NCBI GenBank assembly: GCA_030837285.1
Contig: JAUPKU010000162.1
Coordinates: forward strand, 22,274-86,273
Length of the DNA stretch: 64,000 nt
DNA from: Thermoproteota archaeon
GTDB taxonomy: Archaea; Thermoproteota; Bathyarchaeia; RBG-16-48-13; GCA-020355125
Direction: 5' to 3'
Shown here: one piece after another, positions 29,887 to 38,463 of the stretch
Layout of the letters: every line of letters starts with the position of its first letter
Numbering within the stretch: position 1 is the stretch's first letter
Translations under genes and position numbers: made by a program
Notes under the pieces: model-generated
Databases searched by the model: none
Told to the model about the DNA's origin: nothing
The model's input: the letters and a program-made list of their open reading frames with translations, nothing else

Positions 29887-30390
29887 CTATTCATTGGATT
29901 TTAGTAGACGTCCTTCCCGGTCTATCTCATTCTTCCTTATCCGTGTTGTAGAGATTGGTGTGCAATCCTGAGCCAGAATCATATTAATTGCAATCATGTC
30001 CAAGGGCTTCAATCCTCTTTCTACCCTTAGCCTATTGATTTCCACTACTCCATCCACCGTCTCACGGCTCGATAGAATAGCCTCGATACCACCATCATTC
30101 AGTGTAGGCCCGTACGCATCATCTATGGGAACAATCTGGACTCTGTCAAGAACGTCCATTTTTCTCAGCTGGGCGGTGAGCTCCCTCTTTCTATAACTGT
30201 AGACTGCAACCTCATGTGGCTTAGGATTCTTCCTGAGCATCCTATCCGTTGTCAAACCTATCACAACGCAGTCACCCATCTCCAAAGCCTTCTCAATCAG
30301 TTTTATGTGGCCTCTATGGAGCTTGTCAAAGGTGCCTCCGAGACCAACCTTCCCATACTTCCTTCGAATGGCAGGCAATGGTGTTCCCAA
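29887..30390 (-). CDS. coaD: Phosphopantetheine adenylyltransferase, archaeal type
   Basis: Has the nucleotidyltransferase motif GGTFDKLHRGH and a length and layout typical of archaeal PPAT. Confidence 0.8.
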   Translation of the reverse strand: MGTPLPAIRRKYGKVGLGGTFDKLHRGHIKLIEKALEMGDCVVIGLTTDRMLRKNPKPHEVAVYSYRKRELTAQLRKMDVLDRVQIVPIDDAYGPTLNDGGIEAILSSRETVDGVVEINRLRVERGLKPLDMIAINMILAQDCTPISTTRIRKNEIDREGRLLKSNE

Positions 30391-30440
30391 ACCCTTTTAA
30401 TAATGATTCAGCTCTTATGAACAGTGATTGAAGATTCATC

Positions 30441-31358
30441 TTGAGGATTATAACTTTGCTGTCAAGAGACGTTTTAGAATGCTACATCAAGGCTGGAAAA
30501 ATAGCATCTGAAGTTCGAAGTGAGGCAAAGGAAATCGTAAAAAAGGGTGTACCCCTCCTCGAAATCTGCGAGAAAGTCGAGGCCTCAATCAAAGCGAAGG
30601 GAGGAGAACTAGCCTTCCCCTGCAACATCTGCCTCAACGAGATAGCCGCGCACTACTCATCACCCCCAGAAGACGCCCAAACCGTGCCAAAGAACGCTGT
30701 TGTGAAGATTGATTTGGGCGTCCACATCGACGGCTACATCGCCGACACAGCTATGACCGTCTGCCTGAACCCAGAGTTCGACGGAATGGTCTACGCGGTG
30801 AACGAAGCGCTGAAGCAGGTTATCAACATGGTTCGCCCAGGTGTTAAAACTTCACAGATAGGAGAGGTAGTCCAGAAGACTGCTCAACGATATGGGTTAA
30901 AACCCATCTGGAACCTAACTGGACACCAGCTGAGCAAGTACGTCTTACACACCGGAAAACCAATTCCCAACGTCCCACGATTCGACTTTGCAAGAATTAA
31001 CGCTGGAGAAGTCTTCGCAATCGAACCCTTCTTCACCCTCTCATCAGGCAAAGGCGAAATCCGCAGCGGAACAGACTCGTACATATTCCGTCTACAGAGG
31101 GAAAGAGGCGTTAAGAGCCCCACGGCAAAGGATCTCATGGATAAGATCAAGGAGAATTTCAAGACTTTACCCTTCTCGAAGAGGTGGCTGAACGGGTTTA
31201 TGCCAAAAAGCGAATTAGATGCAGCCTTCAAAGAACTGCTTTCTGCGAAAAATCTGATGGACTATCCAATCCTGATTGAAGCTGCAGGAAAAACCGTGGT
31301 CCAGGCAGAGCACACAGTCATAGTAACGGATGACGGCCGCATAGTAACAACGCAGTAA
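30441..31358 (+). CDS. map: Methionine aminopeptidase, type 2
   Basis: Shows the pita-bread fold pattern ..AFPCNICLNEIAAHY.., KIDLGVHIDGYIADTA, ..GHQL...LH.GK.IPN.., FAIEPF. Confidence 0.9.
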   Translation: MRIITLLSRDVLECYIKAGKIASEVRSEAKEIVKKGVPLLEICEKVEASIKAKGGELAFPCNICLNEIAAHYSSPPEDAQTVPKNAVVKIDLGVHIDGYIADTAMTVCLNPEFDGMVYAVNEALKQVINMVRPGVKTSQIGEVVQKTAQRYGLKPIWNLTGHQLSKYVLHTGKPIPNVPRFDFARINAGEVFAIEPFFTLSSGKGEIRSGTDSYIFRLQRERGVKSPTAKDLMDKIKENFKTLPFSKRWLNGFMPKSELDAAFKELLSAKNLMDYPILIEAAGKTVVQAEHTVIVTDDGRIVTTQ

Positions 31359-31754
31359 CTAACTTTTCTTCGGCGGTTCTTCGACGTAAATGGCTGTGAT
31401 CATCATCGGCTCATTGCACTTCTGGCAGTTTTCTACGGTCTTGAATACATAGTCACCCTTAGCAAAGGGTCTCACGTTCTTGAAACCGTCATTTTTACAT
31501 TCAACAGTCGTCAGTATCTTCGGGACAGGCGGAGGAGTCATAGTCAGTCTCTTTAGGAACTGTGCTAATGCTAAGAAGGATGTGGCGAAGCCAAACAAGC
31601 CTAAGAAAAGTTGAAAACTCGCGTTCGCGGAGCCGTTGAAGAAGGCGGTCACCGCGTCATAAAGATAGTATATGGAGAAGAGGAATATTCCCACTACGAA
31701 TATCAGGAATATTGGTATTGGCGGTCCTTTCTGAGCTGTTTTCATTGATTTCAC
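31359..31754 (-). CDS. Small membrane protein with a soluble C-terminal domain
   Basis: Two TMs followed by ..VECKNDGF...NCQKCNEPM. The gene is overlapped by 4 nt by the upstream DUF1512-like gene (31751-31754). Confidence 0.45.
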   Translation of the reverse strand: MKSMKTAQKGPPIPIFLIFVVGIFLFSIYYLYDAVTAFFNGSANASFQLFLGLFGFATSFLALAQFLKRLTMTPPPVPKILTTVECKNDGFKNVRPFAKGDYVFKTVENCQKCNEPMMITAIYVEEPPKKS

Positions 31755-32938
31755 TGTCCTATCCCAACCGAATTCCCTATACCTGCGACTATTACTATGT
31801 CTCCTTCCTTCGCCCTCTCGTGAATAAGCCTCTTAACCCTGGCGACGGCTATGTCGGTACCCTCGTAAATGTCCTTAGTCATTGGCGAGACGGACTCCTT
31901 AACGGATTCTTTGACTATTACGGCGTGAACTGGAATCTTGTACTTTAGCGTGATCTCCTCAATAGTATACTGGTCCACTCCTATTCCGCCAATGGCAGCA
32001 CCTGTTCCCTCAGAGGTCTCTCCGCTCTTCTCTCCCTCGTACTTCCCAGCCGCGTCTATCATTATTACAGCTGCGACTTTGCCTTCGTTCTCGTCAATAA
32101 GCTTCTTTATAGCTTCTCCGGGCTTACCAACAGTTGACCCCGGACCCTCTGCCTTCAAGACAAGAAGTCTGCGTCCTTCAAACTGTGTCTCGGCTACAAC
32201 AACATCCTTTGCAATCTTCCTCGTCTCATTTCCATGCATAAACTTGGCAGCTACCAGGGCGCCGGCTCCATCGCCTATAGGCTGTCCGTCGGCGAAGGCC
32301 TTGATCGCCACAGAATAGGACTCCGCTATCTCCATAATCATCGGAAGCTGCATCTGTATCTGCATAATGAGGTACAGGCTCATCGTCTTCTTTCCCAAGA
32401 GGTAAAAATGGTTTACAACTCGGTAAATGGTATTCAGGCTTATGGCTACTTCCAGCACTCCTTCGATGTCATTCGTCTTCACATCATCCGCAGTGGGAGC
32501 GATCAGCTTAACCTCATCTCTAAATCGCTGATCCCTAACGTCAAGTGCGTGGTCTAGCTTAGGGACGATTCCCGTTGGATCGAGGCTGGCAGGCATTATA
32601 GTGAAGTACTCTAAGAAGTGGTCGATTCTGGGAGTGGGGTCAATAGCCTCTTTCGTCGACTCTTTTAGCGTGGCTATAGCTAGATTTCGAGCAGTGTCTT
32701 TCATGCCTTTCAAGCGACCAGCAGCGTTCCCAATCTCCCTTAGCATTAGGTACGTCTGAAGCCTATTCCCATAGAATATGAATAGGAAGAATGATAACAA
32801 ATAGAAGAACTGGAGTATCAGTGAAGTTGGATCACCAGTATTTATTTGAGCGAAAATAGAAGAAAACATACTCTGAACCTTCAAAGTAAACTCTGAAAAG
32901 AGAGTTATAAACATTAAGTTAGCAAACACACCATCCAC
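31751..32938 (-). CDS. DUF1512-like archaeal protein (N-terminal TM, large cytoplasmic domain)
   Basis: The overall pattern (N-terminal TM, ..LDPTGIVPKLDH.., ..GDGAGALVAA.., Gly-rich ..GTGAAIGGIGVD..) recalls the archaea-specific DUF1512 family. The likely start is the internal Met (MFSSIF, about 32869). Confidence 0.55.
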   Translation of the reverse strand: MDGVFANLMFITLFSEFTLKVQSMFSSIFAQINTGDPTSLILQFFYLLSFFLFIFYGNRLQTYLMLREIGNAAGRLKGMKDTARNLAIATLKESTKEAIDPTPRIDHFLEYFTIMPASLDPTGIVPKLDHALDVRDQRFRDEVKLIAPTADDVKTNDIEGVLEVAISLNTIYRVVNHFYLLGKKTMSLYLIMQIQMQLPMIMEIAESYSVAIKAFADGQPIGDGAGALVAAKFMHGNETRKIAKDVVVAETQFEGRRLLVLKAEGPGSTVGKPGEAIKKLIDENEGKVAAVIMIDAAGKYEGEKSGETSEGTGAAIGGIGVDQYTIEEITLKYKIPVHAVIVKESVKESVSPMTKDIYEGTDIAVARVKRLIHERAKEGDIVIVAGIGNSVGIGQ

Positions 32939-33030
32939 AAGTCAATCTCGAATATAGTAGACAATAATTTAATTCTCAAAGGATTAAACCTTTTGTTTTC
33001 ACCCGCAGAGCAAATAAGAGCATAAATGGG

Positions 33031-33150
<120 letters not shown>

Positions 33151-33267
33151 CCCAAGAGGTACTCTAAGGTGACTACGAATAAACGTTTCGGTTTTCCAGA
33201 GAGTATCTCCTCTGTAATTATGCAAGAATTAAAAGTTATTATGCCCTGATAGCGTCTTTCCAATCTA

Positions 33268-34116
33268 ATGTCAATCAGCAATGTGAAGCCCCTAATACCA
33301 TTTCCAGCGTTGCTCATCGAAGAAGATGCTGAAAGCATCTTGGTCGTCGGCGACCTTCACATTGGATGGGAATTAAGCTTAACCGACAGAGGAATCTTCA
33401 TCCCCTCGCAAGTCTCTCGAATCCAAGCTCGGCTGCTCCAACTGATTGAAGAGTACAAACCCACACGCCTAATATTCTTAGGTGACGTGAAAGAGGCTAT
33501 TCCCATGATAAGCCTTGAAGAGTGGAAGGACGTTCCAGAATTCTTTGAGGCTATGCAGAAGGCTGTCGGTGATGTCTCTGTTACCCTTGGCAACCACGAC
33601 GGAGACTTGGAGCCTCTGACTCCTCCGAACATAAAGATTCTTCCCTCAAGCGGAATAGTCGTCGGAAAGAATACTAAAATTGGGCTCTTTCACGGGCACG
33701 CCTGGCCATCACCAGAGGTTATCTCCTCCGACTTACTGATAATGGGACATGTTCACCCTGTAATATGGTTCAGGGACAAGATGGATCTCTGGACAGTTAG
33801 ACAAGTCTGGGTTAAGGCGAAATGTGAAGGAGACAAGCTGGCGAAAGCCTATTTGAAGTATCGAAAAATTAAGCCTGAGGGAAGGGCGAAGGAGGTTTTA
33901 AAAGAGAAGTTCCAAGTCGAGGTAAGCGATGCAGGGCTAATAATCATACCCGCATTCAACGATTTGGTAGGTGGCTTATCAATTAACAGGCTAGAGAAGG
34001 GTCTTATGGGGCCTATTCTAGGCTCTGGCGTGGTTGACATGGAAGCTGCGGAGGTATATCTCCTAGATGGAACGTATATCGGAGTGGTGAAGCAATTAAG
34101 AAACTATACAACTTAA
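33268..34116 (+). CDS. Metallophosphoesterase (SbcD/Mre11-related, MJ0037/PdeM-like)
   Basis: Carries GDLHIG, LGDVKE, GNHDG, FHGHAWP and GHVHP, the full calcineurin-like motif set. Confidence 0.8.
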   Translation: MSISNVKPLIPFPALLIEEDAESILVVGDLHIGWELSLTDRGIFIPSQVSRIQARLLQLIEEYKPTRLIFLGDVKEAIPMISLEEWKDVPEFFEAMQKAVGDVSVTLGNHDGDLEPLTPPNIKILPSSGIVVGKNTKIGLFHGHAWPSPEVISSDLLIMGHVHPVIWFRDKMDLWTVRQVWVKAKCEGDKLAKAYLKYRKIKPEGRAKEVLKEKFQVEVSDAGLIIIPAFNDLVGGLSINRLEKGLMGPILGSGVVDMEAAEVYLLDGTYIGVVKQLRNYTT

Positions 34117-34156
34117 ATCTGCTTAAAATTCACTGAAGAGGGCTGAAAACAGCGAT

Positions 34157-34795
34157 ATGGAACAGACTGTAACGGAAAACGAGGCTATAGATAGGATTTA
34201 TCAAGAAATACAGCAGGCTGGGAACATAAGCAACGATCAAAAGAATCGTCTAACCGAACTGTTCGGTAATAGGTTTCAGAGTGCTCTTAAGGCTATAGAT
34301 GTGGGAAAAGTCAAGAAGTACCTCTTTCACCCGAGCGAAAGGATTGTATGGATTGTCGTTGGGAAGGAGGGTGATTACCAGATTCTCCCCAGAGTGGGCT
34401 TCTGCTCATGTAACGACTTCTACTTCCGCGTCATAAGCCATGAGGCTACTCTATGCTACCATTTAATCGCGCAGAAGTTAGCTGAAGCCCTCAAGAAATT
34501 CATTCTTATTGAAAATTCCGATGAAGCCTACGGTCCTCTGATGGATGATTGGCGGAAGATTCAGTCTGAGACGAGACGTCTACCAATTGGAGAAGTGGAA
34601 AACGTAAGGAAGATAGTTGAAATCATATTGTCCGAGGAAGGAGAGCTACCCATAAGCCCACTCCTCGAAGAAGTCAAGAAAACGGGCTTCAACTCTCTAA
34701 CCACCCGCCACCTTTCAAGCATTATGATAGCCGATAAAAGAAAACGATTTAAATGTAAGCAAGGATTATGGATTCTGGTCAAGGCTTCAGTATAA
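34157..34795 (+). CDS. SWIM zinc-finger protein
   Basis: The CxC...CxH signature is present as GFCSCNDFYFRVISHEATLCYHLIA. Confidence 0.65.
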   Translation: MEQTVTENEAIDRIYQEIQQAGNISNDQKNRLTELFGNRFQSALKAIDVGKVKKYLFHPSERIVWIVVGKEGDYQILPRVGFCSCNDFYFRVISHEATLCYHLIAQKLAEALKKFILIENSDEAYGPLMDDWRKIQSETRRLPIGEVENVRKIVEIILSEEGELPISPLLEEVKKTGFNSLTTRHLSSIMIADKRKRFKCKQGLWILVKASV

Positions 34796-35006
34796 GCGGG
34801 GTAATCACTCTTGGCATCGATTATACCATTTGGGCTCCTCCACGACATCGTCTTTCCGATTTTAGTATTCCTGACGCTACTTCTAGTCTTCGTCTACTTA
34901 CTATATCAGAGGCGAAGCGAGCAGGAGTAGGATTAAGTGGGAACCCCAGTGTTTTCTCTAATTATCTCCGCGACTTTTATAATACTGCCATGACAAGTGA
35001 GGTCTA

Positions 35007-37862
35007 ATGGAAAGGGAAGTATTCTCCCTCCTTTCTAAGCCTCTGAGAGAGGAGATTGATAATCTCGGTTGGAAGAAGGCAACAGAGATCCAAGAGATAG
35101 CTGTGCCAGTAATCCTGAAGAAAGAGGATGTTTTACTCATCGCTCCAACTGGGACGGGAAAGACCGAGGCAGCAGTCTTCCCAGTCTTCGAGCTTTTTCT
35201 TCAAGAGCGGTGTAACGCGGTTCTACAGGGCATATCCATCCTCTATATTACTCCTCTAAGGGCGTTGAACAGGGATATCTTTGGAAGACTCATCGAGATT
35301 GGAGAGCGCCTTGACATAAATGTTCAAGTCAGGCATGGGGACACGACGCAGCACACCCGGAGAAAGCAAGCCCTAAAGCCTCCTAACATGTTGATAACTA
35401 CTCCTGAGACTCTGCAAGCCATTCTTCCTGGAAATAGAATGCAACAACACCTCAAGGAGGTCCGATGGGTCATCATCGATGAGATTCACGAACTAGCAAC
35501 CGACAAGCGTGGAGTTCAATTAACAGTCTGTCTTGAGAGGCTTAGGCAGATAGCTGGAAGGGATTTTCAGAGAGTTGGCCTGTCGGCGACGATCGGAAGT
35601 CCAGAGTTGATAGCCCAGTTCCTGCGAGGTGACGGCCGCTCCGCCAGAATCTTGAGAACAGGAGAGTTCAAAGACATTGAGGTCTCGGTTGAGTCTCCCA
35701 CGACAAAGAGGGATGATGAGAGAATCGCGAGCAACGTGATGATTTCCGCTGGTAGCGTAAGGCGAATTCAGAGATTATTCGAAATAATCGAAGCGCACAA
35801 GTCTACTCTAGTCTTCACAAACACGCGGGAGCACGCGGAAGCTCTCTCATCCCGTATGCTAGCTCTGAGGCCTGAGCTGGAGATTGGCGTTCACCACGGT
35901 TCACTCTCGAAGGACATGCGTGTAGAAACGGAGGGAAAACTGAAGAAGGGCGAGTTGAGGGCGGTTATCTGCACTTCCTCTCTTGAACTTGGGATTGATG
36001 TTGGAGACGTCGAGTTCGTAGTGCAGTACATGTCTCCGAAGCAGGTTACGCGGCTTCTTCAGAGAATCGGCAGAAGCGGACACGTCATTGGAGCCACGTC
36101 CAAAGGATGCATAATCGCGAGTTGGCCTGATGACATTCTAGAGTCAGCTGTAATTTCTAAATTTGCTCTAGAGGGGTTGCTAGAGACTCCTAAAATCCAC
36201 GAAAACGCGTTGGATGTACTAGCTCAGCAGGTCGCTGGGATAGCCTTGGATCATGGGAGAATTAGACTTGATGATGCTTTCCGCATTGTTACTAGAGCTT
36301 GGCCTTATAGAAACCTCAGTTTAGAAGAATTCACCAGCGTGATCTGGCAGCTCGAGAAGAGGAAGCTCGTCTGGTTCGATGGGGACGTGATCGGAAAAAG
36401 GTATCCTCAACTCTTCAGATACTACTATGAAAACCTCTCTATGATCGCAGATGTGAAGCACTATGACGTCATAGAATTCCTTAACCGAAGGAAGATCGGG
36501 ACACTTGATCAAGAGTTCATAGCCAAGAATGGCAAGGCAGGCCAGGAATTCATTATGCATGGCCAGAACTGGAAGATACTTGGCGTAGACGATGAAAAAG
36601 GCGTGGTTCAAATTGAACCAGTCCATCAGAGCTTCGGCTCCATTCCATCCTGGGAAGGAGAGATGATCCCCGTATCATATGAGGTAGCCCAAAAAGCCGG
36701 AAGAATCAGAGGGGAGATTGAGGCGCAGCTAGTCAAAGGTCTGGATTCAAGCGAGGTTTTCAGCGGTTATTCCATTGATAAGGAAGCAGCTGAGAAGATC
36801 GTTGATATTGTCAAAAGACAGATTGACGAGAAGTATCCAGTTCCAACCGACAAGAAGATATTGATCGAATCCTTTGAAAATTATGCAATAATCCACAGCT
36901 GTTTTGGTGATCTCGTAAACGAGACGCTTGGGAAAGCTTTAGCCTCGATGCTCAGCTCCAGAGTCGGAATCAACATCGGCACCCAAGCTGACCCCTATCG
37001 TATTGCACTGATCTTCCCGACGTATGTCAACTCCGAAGCGATAAAGAAGGAACTAGCAAACATAAGGCCGGAAGATCTGGATATAATCATAGTGAATACT
37101 ATGGCTGAGACATCCCTTCTAGCCTGGCGCCTCTGGAACGTAGCAAAGCGCTTCGGTTTGGTGTCTCGCAACGCAGAGTTTAAACTAAGCCACGGCAGAA
37201 TGATGGTGAAGGTTCTTCAAGGCACTCCCGTCTACAAGGAGGCTCTAAGAGAGATCTACGTTGAGAAGCTGGACTTGGAGTATGCAAAGAAAATCTTAGC
37301 TATGATCCAGAGCGGTGAGATCGAGGTGGAAACAGCTCATAGGCATAGTGAGTATTCAGCCTTCGCACTTCCAATTCTAGACAGAATCGCGCCTCACGAT
37401 GTCTTAAGGCCAATAATCCCCACGAAGTCCATAATCGAAGTGATCAAGGACAGGCTTGAATCCGAAGACATGAAGCTAATCTGCATCTTCAAAGGAGACT
37501 ATGAAGGAGTGAGGAAAGTCAGAAGCCTCCCCAAAGATATTAAATGTCCAAAATGCGGGTCCACCCTCATAGCTGCAACCTACAAAAATGACCTTAATCT
37601 GATCAACATAGTCCGAAAGAAGGTGAAGAAGACAAAGCTTTCCTCAGAAGAGGAGAAGGCCTGGCAGACAGCTTGGAAAAACGCAAGTATAGTGCAGAAT
37701 TATGGCAAAAAAGCTATAACAGCAATGGCTGCTAGAGGCGTAGGCCCAACAAATGCCGTGAGAATCCTTCACACCTACCATCGAACCGAGGATGACTTCT
37801 ACCTGGACATAATCAGAGCAGAAAGAGATTACGCTAGAACAAGGATGTTCTGGGACAAGTAA
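35007..37862 (+). CDS. lhr: Lhr-family ATP-dependent DEAH-box helicase
   Basis: Contains APTGTGKTEAA (motif I), IIDEIHEL (motif II), SATIG, the Lhr-type WH/domain-4 region and a C-terminal CPKCGS ribbon, at 951 aa. GAGGT lies 5 nt upstream of the ATG. Confidence 0.9.
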   Translation: MEREVFSLLSKPLREEIDNLGWKKATEIQEIAVPVILKKEDVLLIAPTGTGKTEAAVFPVFELFLQERCNAVLQGISILYITPLRALNRDIFGRLIEIGERLDINVQVRHGDTTQHTRRKQALKPPNMLITTPETLQAILPGNRMQQHLKEVRWVIIDEIHELATDKRGVQLTVCLERLRQIAGRDFQRVGLSATIGSPELIAQFLRGDGRSARILRTGEFKDIEVSVESPTTKRDDERIASNVMISAGSVRRIQRLFEIIEAHKSTLVFTNTREHAEALSSRMLALRPELEIGVHHGSLSKDMRVETEGKLKKGELRAVICTSSLELGIDVGDVEFVVQYMSPKQVTRLLQRIGRSGHVIGATSKGCIIASWPDDILESAVISKFALEGLLETPKIHENALDVLAQQVAGIALDHGRIRLDDAFRIVTRAWPYRNLSLEEFTSVIWQLEKRKLVWFDGDVIGKRYPQLFRYYYENLSMIADVKHYDVIEFLNRRKIGTLDQEFIAKNGKAGQEFIMHGQNWKILGVDDEKGVVQIEPVHQSFGSIPSWEGEMIPVSYEVAQKAGRIRGEIEAQLVKGLDSSEVFSGYSIDKEAAEKIVDIVKRQIDEKYPVPTDKKILIESFENYAIIHSCFGDLVNETLGKALASMLSSRVGINIGTQADPYRIALIFPTYVNSEAIKKELANIRPEDLDIIIVNTMAETSLLAWRLWNVAKRFGLVSRNAEFKLSHGRMMVKVLQGTPVYKEALREIYVEKLDLEYAKKILAMIQSGEIEVETAHRHSEYSAFALPILDRIAPHDVLRPIIPTKSIIEVIKDRLESEDMKLICIFKGDYEGVRKVRSLPKDIKCPKCGSTLIAATYKNDLNLINIVRKKVKKTKLSSEEEKAWQTAWKNASIVQNYGKKAITAMAARGVGPTNAVRILHTYHRTEDDFYLDIIRAERDYARTRMFWDK

Positions 37863-37877
37863 CTCAACCTAATCTGA

Positions 37878-38357
37878 TCACTTGAGAGCGTCTCCAGGCA
37901 GTCTATGGGACATCGCCTTCACAACATCATAAACGATATTTACATCCACCCTTTCTATCTCCTTCCAAGCCCTCAGCTCCTCAACAAGTCTGTTCAACTC
38001 AAGAGGGTCCTTCGACCGGCAGTTCGCCAGTATAGAGTGTGTCGGTCCAAGTGAAAGAGCTACAAAGTTGATAGGATCCAGTTTGGTCAGTTTTTCAGCC
38101 ACAGACCGGGTGTCCACGCCTGGTGCCAGAACCAAACCTATCTGGTAAAAGTTTGTGTATCCAAATTTTCTGGCGTTGAAGACAGCCTCTATCCTGAAGT
38201 AGTCTCCTTCTTCGAGCCGTTGTCTTCGGCGTCGTATGGTATCGTCAGAGACATCGATGACCTTAGCTATTTCAATGTCGCGCATTCGACCGTTTTTCAT
38301 GAGAAGGCGAATTATTGCCTTGTCTATCTTGTCTATTTTAGGTTTTTTCTCTGACAT
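37878..38357 (-). CDS. Lrp/AsnC family transcriptional regulator
   Basis: Has the HTH IDKAIIRLLMKNGRMRDIEIAKVIDVSDDTIRRRRQRLEE plus a C-terminal RAM-like domain. Confidence 0.85.
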   Translation of the reverse strand: MSEKKPKIDKIDKAIIRLLMKNGRMRDIEIAKVIDVSDDTIRRRRQRLEEGDYFRIEAVFNARKFGYTNFYQIGLVLAPGVDTRSVAEKLTKLDPINFVALSLGPTHSILANCRSKDPLELNRLVEELRAWKEIERVDVNIVYDVVKAMSHRLPGDALK

Positions 38358-38435
38358 GGCTCAACTCTTGCGTATTATTCGCATAATACATTTAAATATT
38401 GCTATTTAAGAATTATGTAGGAACAAAAAAACCTG

Positions 38436-38460
38436 TCAGATATATTTCGAATATATCTGA
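38436..38460. promoter_or_regulatory. Perfect 10-bp inverted repeat (TCAGATATAT-ttcga-ATATATCTGA); candidate operator or 5'-hairpin
   Basis: I read both arms directly from the sequence. The element ends 3 nt before the ABC exporter ATG (38464), lies downstream of the TATA-like tttaaata/atttaag (38391-38410), and sits in the Lrp/ABC divergent intergenic region. Confidence 0.4.
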
Positions 38461-38463
38461 TTT

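Noticed and set aside
34768-35007. 79-aa ORF whose TAA overlaps the lhr ATG (TAATG), suggestive of translational coupling.
   Set aside because: It has no recognisable motif and starts inside the SWIM gene. The same stretch contains a TATA-like box (ttttataata) and a GAGGT ribosome-binding site for lhr. It is more likely promoter and leader than coding.
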